DNA from: an uncultured Planctomycetaceae bacterium
GTDB lineage: Bacteria > Planctomycetota > Planctomycetia > Planctomycetales > Planctomycetaceae
Length of the DNA stretch: 64,000 nucleotides
Reading direction: 5' to 3'
NCBI GenBank assembly: GCA_963815195.1
Contig: CAWFGE010000007.1
Coordinates: 32,001-96,000 of the forward strand
Part shown: positions 11,750-23,050 of the stretch, one piece after another
Numbering within the stretch: position 1 is the stretch's first letter
How the letters are laid out: each line of letters starts with the position of its first letter
The notes under the pieces: model-generated
Databases searched by the model: none
The model's input: the letters and a program-made list of their open reading frames with translations, nothing else
What the model was told of the DNA's origin: nothing
Position numbers and translations under genes: made by a program

Positions 11750-12470
11750 GTCAAAACTCATATCAGCATTGGATTGGGCCTGGCCGCGTGCCGAGCGGGT
11801 TATAAGACCAAGTTCTTCACCGCCGCGGCTTTGGTGAATCGCCTGGAAGAAGCTCAGAAACATTACACCTTGGAGCGGTTGTTGAGCCAACTCGACAAGC
11901 TCGATTTGTTGATCGTGGATGAACTGGGTTACTTGTCGTTCAACCGGTCGGGAGCAGAGTTGTTGTTCCAGGTCTTCGCGGATCGCTACGAACGCAAGAG
12001 CCTGCTGATCACGAGCAACCTGGCCTTTAGCGATTGGGGGCAAATCTTCCAAGGCGAACGCATGACCGCGGCATTACTGGACCGCATCACGCACCATTGC
12101 CACATCTTCGAGATGAACGGCGAAAGCTACCGCTTCAAACAGTCGATGAAAGACAAAAAAGCGTCCGAAAACAAGAAGCCGAAAACCCGCTAAGTCGGCT
12201 CCGACGACGCCCGTCTTTCCTTCCCAACCTGCCCCATTCCACATCATTCCCCACCCCAGGTGGGTCCCATTTCCGCGCCGAAGTGGGTCCCAATTGCACG
12301 CCGATCTCCAGGCGTTGGAATGACTTAAAAACAAGGGGATTTGAAGCGGTTACGCTCTCGCTTCGTTCATACTCGCATTGTATTCATGTGGGGGTGATAT
12401 GGCCACGGGTGTTACCAAATTGTTACCAAAGTTTGAGATTCCACCGGACCAATGTCGCCGCTGGCATCCT

Positions 12471-13189
12471 CTAATACTCCCAATTCTCGTGACGCACCGG
12501 CAGGCGGTTTAGCACCTGTCGCCGGTGTTCCCAGTCGGGCATATATTTTTGCATAAGCCCTTGGAATCTTTCGTTATGTGTGGGTTCGAGAATGTGGATC
12601 ATCTCGTGGACGACGATGTACTCAAGGCATTCGCGGGGCTTCTTGGCCAGGTCGGTGTTCAGCCGGATCGTTCGTGCCTGTGAATTACAGCTTCCCCAGC
12701 GCGTCTTCATTCGCTGGACGTAGAAGCCACAAACGGTTACGCCGATCCGTGGCTCCCACTTTTCAATCAGTTCCTGGGTTGCAGTCTTTACCAGTGCGCG
12801 ATACCAGTTCTCGACTACCTGCTGCCGCTTGTGGTCGTCTGCAGCCTGGCCTGAGCGCGCAGAATCATCTGATTATGCTTCAATTCAATGGACGGCGAGG
12901 CATTCTCCTCGATGATGCTGAGTAGGTGTCGCTTGCCCCACACGAAGTGGCTTTCGCGACCGACGAACTCGCGGGGAGTTTCGCGCTCTTGCTCGCGGAG
13001 TTTACGTTGCTGCCGTTTGATCCAGCCCAGTTTGGAAATCGCAAACAGCCGGATCGTATCAACGTTCATTCGCTTCGGAGCCGCAATGCGGACCTTGCCC
13101 TCCGGCGGATGGACGCTCAGGTGGATGTTCTTGATGTCCTTGAGCACCACATCCACGGCAATGTTTCCAAGATCAATCGTCGTGGCCAT
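12471..13189 (-). CDS. M48/YgjP (DUF45) metallopeptidase associated with the type I R-M operon; frameshifted
   Basis: IKNIHLSVHPPEGKVRIAAP; MKTRWGSCN; YIVVHEMIH. Confidence 0.9.
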
Positions 13190-16100
13190 CAGTATTCCGC
13201 CTGTGCTTTGATGATGAGGAAGATTCGTTCGACCTCGGCCTCGTCCTGAAGCACGCCGTAAAGGGCTGCTTTTATGACTTGTTCGCGGGCTTGAACTCCA
13301 CGCCAGCCATCGGGACGGACTTTCTTCACTGCGTCGTCGATCTGCAAGGCAAGCTCTCTCATTTTTGCCAAGGTTGTTGAATAGAGTGCGCGCTTGCCTG
13401 GCGTGTCGAGTTGTGCGGGCGTGTCCTCTGCCTGGCCGGCGTCAACCCTCTTCGCGAGTTCCGCAATGCGTTTCAGGTACTCTTCGTACTCGATGGCTTT
13501 TGCTTTGCGGGCCGCGATGATTTCGTCGAGCAGCGCCGACATGTTCGCGTAGAACGCGGGATCGTTCAGTTGCTCCTTCGTGATCTTTTTGCGGACGTTG
13601 TTTTCGATGGTCTCGGCAATGGCGTTCTTGTTGCCCTTCAGCCCGCCCAGCTTCGTGGCGATGGCATCGGCAATGCCCGTCTTCACGATCAATTCCAGCA
13701 AGCCCATGTTGTCAAACGGCGAAATCTTGCGTGGTTCATCGGCCTCGATGTAGGTGTCGATAAGGTGCCGCATGTCGGCTTCGTAGGGCTTGAGGTCAAG
13801 CGTCTCGCCACTGGCATTGCGGATGATCTCACGCAGCTTCAGGTATCGGTCGAGCAGTTGCTTGATGTGGGCAATGTCGGATGTGCTGTAACCCGCCTGC
13901 TCCAACTCGTCGGCAATGTTGGCGTAGGCACGAACCAGGGCTGACAACGGCCTTGTAGAGCGCTGCCCGTTGCGGCTGGCGTTCCTCCAAATCGCTCGGA
14001 GTCTCGGTGTTACCGCAGAAGTAGTGGATGTGCTCCAGTTCGCCTTGCGGTGGCTCCACCGGCTCGCATAAGAGGGCAAGGGTTTCGATGGCATTGTCGA
14101 GGCGTTCCTTACCTTTTTTCAGCCGATCCTGAAGCAGCACGTCGGGGCTGGCCCCGCCGGAACTGGTATCAAGTTCTGACGTATACACGGCGATGGCGTT
14201 TTCGACCTTCTTGAACAGGTCCTTGTAGTCCACGATGTAGCCGAAATCCTTGTCCTCACCGTCAAGCCTGTTCGTGCGGCAAATGGCCTGAAACAGGCCG
14301 TGGTCCTGCATCGACTTGTCGATGTAGAGATAGGTGCATGGCGGCGCATCGAAGCCGGTGAGCAGCTTGTCCACGACCACGAGCAGCTTCATGTTCGCCG
14401 GCTCTTTGATGAACAGTTCCTTGGCTCGCTCTTCGTAGGTCTCCGTTTTCGTCATGCCGGGCTTGGCGTCAACATTCTTGAGCAGTTCCATGTAAGTGTT
14501 GTAGATGAATTGCTTGTCCGTCTCCGTATTCGCACCGACTTCTTCCTTGGTTACGTTCTGGGCCTGTGGATTGTAGGAGGTGACAATGGCGCATTTGCCC
14601 TTGAAGGGCGTCTTCTGGAACAGCGTGAAATACTTGGAAGCCTCGTAGATGCTTGAGGCAACAAGGATCGCATTGCCTCGCTCGCTGGAAAGGCGGGGCT
14701 TCACGCTGAAATCGAAGACGATGTCCGCGACAACACGGTCCATCCGAGACTTGGAACTGAGCACCGACTGCATCGTGCCCCACTTGTGCTTCAGTTCATC
14801 CTTCTGCCAGTCATTCAGGCCTTTCGTCTTGGCGTCGAACCAGGCATCGATCTTATCCTCGGAGCCGAGCCGTTGGTCGATGTCTCGCGCTTCGTACACG
14901 AGGTCGAGCACGACTTCATCCTCGACGGCCTCGCTGAACTTGTAGGTGTGGATGTACCCGCCGAAAACTTCCCGGCTGGTCTGCTTGTCTTTCTTGAGCA
15001 GCGGCGTGCCGGTGAAGCCAATAAAGACGGCGTTGGGCATCATCGCCTTCATGGCCCGGTTCAGCTTGCCGCTTTGGGTGCGGTGGCATTCATCGACGAA
15101 CACGAACAGTTCGCCTACCGTCTGGCTCGGCTGCGATTCCAATTCCTTGATGAAAGCGTCGAAATCGTCCACACCCCTGCGGCCGAACTTGTGCACCAGG
15201 GAGCAGAGCAATCGGGGTTTTGCCTGAGCCAAGTTGCTTCATCAAGTCCCGGCCGCTGCTGGTGCGTTTGATGGCTTCGCCTGTCTCGGTGAAGACGCGC
15301 TCAATCTGCCCGTCCAAGCTCGTCGCGGTCGGTGATGATCGCGACGCGGGCGTTGGGGTTGTTCTCCAGAATCCATTTGGCGAGCAGCACCATGACGATG
15401 CTTTTCCCGCTGCCCTGGGTGTGCCAGATGATGCCGCCCTTCTTCTGCCGGACATGCTCCTGGGCGGCCTTGATGCCGAAATACTGATGCACGCGGGGCA
15501 GCTTCTTCACGCCGCCGTCAAACAGCACGAAATCGTGCATCAACTCGATGATGCGGTGCTTGTCGCAGAGCTTGAGCAGGTACTTGTCCAGCTTGAAGCG
15601 GGTATTGTCTTCCTCGTCTTCTTTCCATTTGAGGAAATACTTCTCTTCGGTCTTGATCGCTCCATATTGCAGGCCCTGCGAATCGTTGCCGGCGAAGACG
15701 AATTGCACAGTGCTGAAAAACCACTCGTTGAATTCAGGCTGCTGGTTGGACAGATTCTGGCGGATGCCGTCGCCGATGGTGACGCGGCTGTTCTTGAGTT
15801 CGATCACGCCGATGGCAATGCCGTTGACGTAAAGCACGAGATCAATCCGCCGCTCCAGGCCGCCTTTGAGGGTCACTTCCTCGGCAATGGCGAAATCGTT
15901 TTCTTCTGGCTTTTGCCAGTTGATGAGGCGGACGGTCTCGGTCACCTTGCCGGCCTCAATCTTGACGGGCACGCCATAGCGAAGCAGGTTGTAGACGGCC
16001 TGGTTGTTGCCGTAGAGCGTGCGGTTGTGGTTGTCGGCCTCGGTGCGCAGCTTGTAGATCGCCGCGCTGATCTGTGCCGGCGTGTTGCCCTGTTTCGTCA

Positions 16101-16242
16101 GCCAAGCGGAAAGCAGGTCTTCCTCGATGTTGCTGTTGGTGCGGTCCGTCCAGTCGCCGAGATAGCGATACTTGAGTTCGTCCTGAAACAGGGCGAGAAC
16201 CCGGTCCTGCGTGGCGCGTTCAGGTTGGCCGATGTTGCTCAT
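13189..16242 (-). CDS. hsdR: Type I restriction endonuclease subunit R (several frameshifts)
   Basis: IDLVLYVNGI..ELKN, WHTQGSGKS, DECHR, GFTGTP, LLTGFDAP, QAICRTNR. Confidence 0.95.
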
Positions 16243-17599
16243 TGCATAACCTCCCAATGACCGCCCTTGGCTGGACCGACCCGTTGCAGCTTGCCTTCTG
16301 CCGTGAGTTTTGCTGACCGCTCGTTCGACGGCGCTCTGGGATTTGCCAATGCTGGCAGCAACATCCGCCAAGCTGTAGTCAGGATGCTCGGCCAATACTG
16401 CAAGAATTTTCTCCGGCGTTTTTACCCGCGTTTTCACCGGCGTTTTCACCTCAGTTTCCCCCAAATTTTCGGCCGATTCAATCCGTTTCACAATGTCCGA
16501 AGAAAACGGGAAGGAAATCCACAATCCCGCCGGTTCCTGCTCGATGATGGTTCCGGGAAGCGGGCTTCACGGCAGGCGGCAAAAATCCGTTCGACGCCGC
16601 GTCCCCAAGCCTCGATCTCTCCCGCTCGAAAGAAGATGTTGGCAATATCGGGATTAAATGGGAGCGAAGCATGTTTGCGTTTGAGCTTCGCCACCGTCCA
16701 GGCCTGAGGAAGCTGGCCGGGGTTCCAAACCATGAGTTTATCCGCATACACGCTGATTTGCACCGGCGTGCCGCTGGCATAATCCTTATGAATAATCGCA
16801 TTCAGAACGGCTTCGCGGAGAGCCGGTTCGGGCACGGGGAGCGTTTCAACCCGCTGAATGCCCTGATAGGTGATGGCGGCTTTCAGGTATTTGGTCAGAA
16901 GCAGGTCGATCGTGCGGCTGACCTGCGTAAACAGGTCGCCGTGGACTTCATCGTGATAGAGCAGGTCGTCATTCGTGCGGAAATAGCCAATCTTCACGAA
17001 AGCGCCGGTCACGAACTTTTCCGGATCGGGATGAAAGGCCAGCACGGCGGCACGTTTAAGGTAGTTTCCCATCGTTCAGATGCAATTTTTCGATGAGACC
17101 GGCCGTCGATTCTTTCAGGTCAGGCGGCGGTCATCCGCTGGCTTTGCCGCGCCCGCGTGCGAAACGCTTCGATGGCGTCCTTCGACAAGTTTCGTGCCGT
17201 GACTTTGGGCACGGGCACGCCGTCCCAGGTTCTGCCCTGCTTGGCGAGCAGGAATTTGTCGAGGGCGGCTCCTTTGAGTTGCTGTTTGGTGCTGCCGGAA
17301 CGAATGTGGTACTCCCCCTTGTAATTCACCGGGTAGGGGTACGGATCGACGTGAATTTCGATCAGGTCTTTGCGTTTTTCGGAAACGAGCCGCACATTGG
17401 CCATGATGCCCAGCACGTCACGGATTTTGTTCGGCAGGTCCTCAAGCAGCTTTTTGGCGTCCGCAACACCGATGGCTTGCCCCTTGTCGTTTCGGCCGAT
17501 GACCAAAACACCTCCTTCCGCGTTGGCAAAGCCACAGAGCCATTTGAGGTACTCATCCCGCCAGGACTCTTTCCATTCGGTGTGCTGACTTTCCTTCAT
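16239..17599 (-). CDS. AlbA_2 (Schlafen-like) plus HATPase_c_4 plus HTH protein; frameshifted
   Basis: ESQHTEWKES..CGFANAEGGVLVIG; ALREAVLNAIIHKDY; NPDIANIFFRAGEIEAWGRG; C-terminal HTH. Confidence 0.85.
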
Positions 17600-18896
17600 A
17601 CCAGGCGAATCCTCCCGGTCAGCAGTTCCTGCATCATGCCCTGCTTGATCTGGCGGGCCTTGGACAGCTTCGTTTCCAAGTTCGCGATTTCGGCCTCCAT
17701 GTCTGAGAGGATCGGCGGCGATGGCACGTTTGTTCTTCGGTCGTTGGCAAGGGAATGACGATATTCCGAAACGACGCACCGGCGAACTACGATGCTTTGG
17801 ACATGTCGTGCCAGCTGCGACGACTGCAAGTGATTCGGTCACGGCGTGAAATGACTCGAAATGCAGACGTAGTCTGATATCATTCGCAGAAACGCCTTCG
17901 ATGTGCATTGCTGCAAGCCATCGCCGAAGAGCATGTTCACGTCAATTGAGTAGTTGGTGCTTCTTCAATGTCGAGCTTCCACGAACGCATAACAAAAGAT
18001 CACCAGACTTGCAGAAATCGTAGCTCGCGGCTTGATCGCGATAGTCCATGAATCGTAGAATGTGGATCGTCAGTTTCGAGTGAATTTGACGTCAGCCGTA
18101 TGAATCCAGTGGTATTGTTCGCACCTGTCCGATAGTCCGTGGTTCCGCGGCGACTGGTGCCATTCCACCGACTTCACCGCAAGTTCGCCGAGGAGCGTAT
18201 TTCCCACTCCCCGCTGAAACCCGGCAGGCGTTTCTTGCCGGTGAGCAATTCCTGCATGGCCCCTTGCTTGATGTCTCGCTTCTTGGCCAGCAGTTGCTCC
18301 AGTGACTCGATGAGGGCATCGGCATCACTCAATACCTCGGCAATGGCTTCCTGCTCGACCTTGGTCGGAGGCAGAGGAATTGGCATTGCGTTGAGTTTGT
18401 CCCTGCTAAGTTTGCATGCTGCCTGTCGATCCTGCCGCGACACTCATGAAGTAGCCACGACCGGCAAAAACTATTGGCATATCTCCAAAACCACTGAGCA
18501 ACAATCCTATCCCGAAAGCGAAGCCGCATCATCAGGTCGGGATAAAATAACTGTGTGCCAGCGCGGTGAAGATTGCAGTCGTCCCCACTAGATCAATCGT
18601 ATTGGAGCGTTGGACTAAAACGTCGTCTGGCTTAAGAAATAAATCTGACTCTGGAGAAATACTCTGTTCAATATACTTCACGGTGTCCTGATTGAGAATG
18701 AGCTTGCCTGATGTTGTTGCAGAAAGACTGAGTGTGGGTGTGCCGACAGCATCAGCACCGCTACGACCCGAGTATCCATTCTTAGGGCCACTGCGAACCA
18801 ACTCACCGACTCTTCAAGAATATCCCAGTCGAATGGAATTACGCCAACTTCAGTCTGTTTATATCCACTTGGAATGTCGTGCGTCGCCGTGCTCAC
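17596..18896 (-). pseudogene. hsdS: Type I specificity subunit S; heavily indel-damaged, especially the second TRD
   Basis: PSGYKQTEVGVIP; PLPPTKVEQEAIAEVLSDADALI..KQGAMQELLTGKKRL; C-terminal KQGMMQELLTGRIRLV. Confidence 0.85.
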
Positions 18897-18915
18897 GATC
18901 CCACCTCCGCGAGCT

Positions 18916-21324
18916 TCAGCTTGAGGGGCCGAAGCCCATGCGTTCCAAGTCAGCGGTGACTTTGTCCTCCAGTTCCGCGACGCGGTCGGCGATCTGCGGG
19001 AATGTCTTTTCGTAACGCTCGGCAAGTTGCTTCACCCGCTGCGTGAGTTGCTGGCTTACCCGATCCATCTCGCCGTGAATCATGGCATCCAGCGCGGCGA
19101 GCCATTTGTCGTCCACGACCAGCGTCTTGATCTCCGCCTCGGTCAGCTTGGGATAATTGGCGTAGGCTTTGGCATCGAGGTCGGCTTCCGCCTCCTTGAG
19201 CTGCTTCTTCAGGTCGGCCTGCTCGCCGTTCAGCTTCAGCCACTCATTGAGCACGGCGGCTTCGTCGGCTGCTTCCTTGTCGCCCTTGATCTCCTTCAGC
19301 CGCGCGGTGACGTTGCCCTTGTTGATCTTGTCGAGTTCGGCAAATGCACCTTCTTCGCCGCTGTGTTCCTCTTCCAGTTCGGCGAGCTTGGCGGTGACGG
19401 CCTCCAGTTCGGCGGCGAGTTGGTCGATGGCGGCCTGCTCCTTGGCGAAGTAGCGGGCGACGATCAGGGACTTGGGAATCAGGTCGCAGGTCCAGCCCTT
19501 GTCCTTCTCCTTGCCCTTCTTGTCCTTCTCGATGATGCGGTAGGTCTCGGCCTTCCAGCCGTCGGCGGCGATCAGGTAGCAGTCGTCCTGCATGGTCTCG
19601 CGCCCAGTAATCCATCAGGTGCTGGTAGACGTCGTAGGGGTCGATCAGCGGCTTGCCGGCGTAGTGGGCAAGCAGGCTCTCGGAGAGCTCGGCGATCACC
19701 TGCTTCGGGTGGCAGCCGGCTTCGAGCGCCTTGAGCGATTTCGCGCTCTCGTCTCGCCAGTCGGCGAAGTGGGCGTTCATGTCCGTCGATGAAGGCGGCG
19801 AATTCGGGATGCTCGTAGATGGTGGTCTTGATGTCGGCCTTGTCCACGGCAAGGTCGACGTAGCCGGGGCGGTTGTGCTTGAAGAGCGCCTTGCGCAGCT
19901 TCGGGCAGACCTCCCAGTAGCGCTGCAGCGCATCGATGTCGGCGACCGGGATGCCGCCCTGCAGGTGCCCTTCGATGTCCTGGATGTCTTCGGCCTGCTG
20001 GCTGTCGATATAGCGGGGCAGGTTGAGGTTGAAGTCGTTCTTCTCGATCTCCTCGAAGCGGACCATGCGGGAGTAACCGGGAATCTCCAGCTGCTTGTTG
20101 AAGACATCGACGATCTTGTGGATGTCCTGCGAGCGCAGGCGGTTCTTGGGGCCGTCCTTCATGAAGCCCTCGCTGGCGTCGATCATGAAGATGCCCTTGC
20201 GGGCCTGGGCGTCCTCCTTGTCGATCACGACGATGCAGGCGGGGATGCCGGTGCCGTAGAACAGGTTGGCCGGCAGGCCGATGATGCCCTTGATGTAGCC
20301 CTTGCGGATGAGGTTGCGGCGGATGTCCGCCTCGGCGTTGCCGCGGAACAGCACGCCGTGCGGCAGGATGCAGGCGCCCTTGCCGGTGCTCTTGAGCGAG
20401 CGGACGATGTGCAGCAGATAGGCGTAGTCGCCCTGCTTGCCGGGCGGCACGCCGAAGGGCTTGAAGCGCTCGTAGCGGGTCGTTCGAGCGGATCGAGGCC
20501 GGTGCTCCAGCGCTTGTCGGAGAACGGCGGATTGGCGACGACGTAGTCGAAGGTCTTGAGCGCGTCGCCGTCCTTGAACTTCGGGTCGGCCAGCGTGTTG
20601 CCCTGCATGATCAGCGCCGTCGGGTTGTCGTGCAGGATCATGTTCATGCGGGCCAGGCCGCTGGTGGCGGCATCCTTCTCCTGGCCGTAGAGCGTGACCT
20701 TCGGTGCCGGCCTCGTCGCCGACCTTCAGCAGCAGCGAGCCGGAGCCGCAGGTCGGGTCGTAGACGGTGGTGGCGGCTGCTGGTCTTGGCGTCGCGGATG
20801 CCGAGGATCTGCGCCATGATGCGGCTGACCTCGGCCGGGGTGTAGAACTGGCCCTTGCTCTTGCCGCTCTCGGTGGCGAAGTGGCGCATCAGGTATTCGT
20901 AGGCGTCGCCGAGGATGTCGTCGCCGTCGGCCCGGTTCTTCGAGAAGTCGAGGGCCTTGTTCTCGAAGATGGCGATCAGGTTGGTGAGCCGGTCGACCAT
21001 CTCCTTGCCGCTGCCGAGCTTGCCGGCGTCGTTGAAGTCCGGCATGTCGGAGAGCTTGTTGGCGTTGGCGAGCGGCGCGATGATCTTCTTGTTGATCTGG
21101 TCGCCGATGTCGGGCTTGCCCTTGAGCGCGACCATGTCCTTGAAGCTCGCACCCTCGGGGATGGTGATCGGCGCGTAGGGCTGGCCGGCGTACTTGTCGC
21201 TGACGTACTTGATGAACAGCAGCACGAGGACGTAGTCCTTGTACTGGCTGGCATCCATGCCGCCGCGCAGCTCGTCGCAGCTTGACCAGAGGGAGGAGTA
21301 GAGTTCGGATTTCTTGAGTGCCAT
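18916..21324 (-). CDS. hsdM: Type I methyltransferase subunit M (frameshifts)
   Basis: LWSSCDELRGGMDASQYKDY, GQFYTPAEVS, DPTCGSGS (DNA level), VVANPPFS, LPHGVLFRG. Confidence 0.95.
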
Positions 21325-21383
21325 GCGTCAGGATACCGTTCCGATGGGTTGGTGTGATTGAAAGCTGAGTTATTCAGATCGTA

Positions 21384-22222
21384 TCAGTTCTTGCGACCTT
21401 TCTTCTTCCGTTTCGTCGATTTGGTTTCCGCCGGTTTTGGAGTGGCCGACAATTGGGCAACCGGTTGTTGCCCAATGGGTTGGTCCCCTTCCAGTTGCGA
21501 TTGTGATTCCGCCAGTTCGTAAAACTCGTGCAGTTTGGCCTGAAGCAAGTTCTTGTCCGGCAATCGGGTTTGATATTCGGCGACGAGAGCCGGCGAGACG
21601 GCCCGGCTCAAGGCGTACTCGACGACTTCGTGGTTCTTGGTGGCGCAGAGCAGCATGCCGATGGACGGTTGCTCGTGCGGTTTTTTCACGTCCCGGTCGA
21701 GCGACTCCAGGTAGAATTCCAGTTTGCCGAGATATTCCGGCTCGAATTCGTTGATCTTGAGTTCGATGGCGACCAGGCAGTTCGAGCGCCCGATTGAAGA
21801 ACAGGAGGTCGATGGCGAAATCGCGTCCTCCGACCTGCACTGGGTACTGGCTGCCGACGAAACAGAAGTCCCGGCCGAGTTCGATCAGGAATTGCTTGAG
21901 ATTCTCCAGCAGCCGCTTTTTGCAGATCGGCTTCCGAATGTCCAGAGGGAAGCTCCAGAAACTCAACGAGATATGTGTTTTTGAAGGCGTTTGCAGCGTC
22001 AGGAAAATGCTGTTGCAACGGTGGCGACTGCTTCGGAGGCGACAGCACGACCCGCTCGAACAGAGTCGCCGTTCAATTGTCGCTCCAATTCCCGACTGGA
22101 CCATTTTTGCGAAGCGGCGAGCCGCAGGTAGAATTCGCGTTCTTCGTCCCGCTTGCACTTGCCGAGAATGAGCAAGTTGTTGGTCCAACTCAATTCTCTC
22201 AGCAGTGCCGAGAGTTTCGGCT
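21384..22222 (-). pseudogene. YhcG/DUF1016 PD-(D/E)XK nuclease, C-terminal part
   Basis: PKLSALLRELSWTNN..; FLIELGRDFCFVGSQY..IDLLFFNR; PSIGMLLCATKNHEVVEYAL. Confidence 0.9.
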
Positions 22223-22789
22223 CCCGAATGAAAACCAAACGACAGGACGAGTTGCCTCTTGCTATCATCTGCATGGGTTTGCATCACATATCCTATTCTA
22301 AAGGATTCCGAGGCGGGGAAGCGAGGTGTCGTCGAGAAGAAGACGAGCAGGAGAAAACCTCCCCCGCCCACGGTTCGCAAATGCCATCGTTGGTGGCTGC
22401 TCATCCCGGTCTTGTTCGCATTGCTGCTGGTGGCATCCCGAATGGGAATGATTGGAATTGATTGGCAACGAGGTCATTTGATGTCGAATCTTACGAATGC
22501 GTTAGCAACCATCACTGATCGACTCGTGCTTCTGGCGTCAGAAGATGCCACGTTGAGGCAGGAACTTCGATCATTGGCCACGGAACTGCTGACGGCCCTC
22601 GAACAAATGGATGAAAGCCCGCCTGAACAGGTTGAAACGGCGGCGGTTTCCATCAACCCTACTCAGGAAGCCGACTTGGTGGCCACCGCCCCTGCTCCAG
22701 TAAAGCCTGAGCCTGAGCCAGCCATTGAATCTCTGGTTCCGCTCCCAGTGCTGAGATTGGGCCAGTCCACGCCCCTCGTCGAAAGTCCC

Positions 22790-23035
22790 CCACCAAAGGC
22801 TGGGTTCGACTTCCACGAATTGGACCTGCCGAAGCTCGAATGGCGAGTCTGATGGATCGGTGTGCCATGCCCGATAATGAGCTTCGGGTTCCTTCCACCG
22901 CTTGGAAAGGGCGAGGACAAACCCTTTTCCCCAACGGCCCAGGTCATTGCAGCAACGGACAATGAGCCTTGGCCCTTCGCCCTCGGGCCGTGTGGCATCG
23001 CCAGTTTTGTAGTGGATGGGCATGGTTTGGCTCAA
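22790..23035 (-). pseudogene. Macro-domain (Appr-1''-p processing-like) gene, 3'-truncated
   Basis: IHYKTGDAT..CCNDLGRWGKGFVLALSKRW. Confidence 0.7.
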
Positions 23036-23050
23036 TCGCTTGCGGGATCA

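Larger units (their letters stand above)
9277..11754 (+). mobile_element. Large serine recombinase element, copy A (~2.48 kb), inserted in the istB Walker A
   Basis: Near-identical to 44706-47181 but with different flanks; AA core at 9275-9276 and 11753-11754; no terminal IR or TSD. Confidence 0.95.
8918..12193 (+). pseudogene. istB: IS21 helper ATPase IstB, split (8918-9276 and 11755-12193) by the recombinase element
   Basis: LKQLRLP..FLGQPGTGK then, after the insertion, THISIGLGLAACRAG..LLIVDELGY..TSNLAF..LLDRITHH; the halves rejoin in frame. Confidence 0.95.
7266..12310 (+). mobile_element. IS21-family element #1, carrying a nested recombinase element
   Basis: Perfect 33-bp terminal inverted repeats TGGAGATCGGCGTGCAATTGGGACCCACTTCGG (7266-7298 / 12278-12310), subterminal GGACCCAC repeats, istA and istB; no target duplication in the flanks. 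Confidence 0.95.

Noticed and set aside
6884..12310. CRISPR-associated transposon (array next to IstA/IstB)
   Set aside because: The array lies outside the IS21 inverted repeats and is broken by the IS; no cas or tniQ gene is present.
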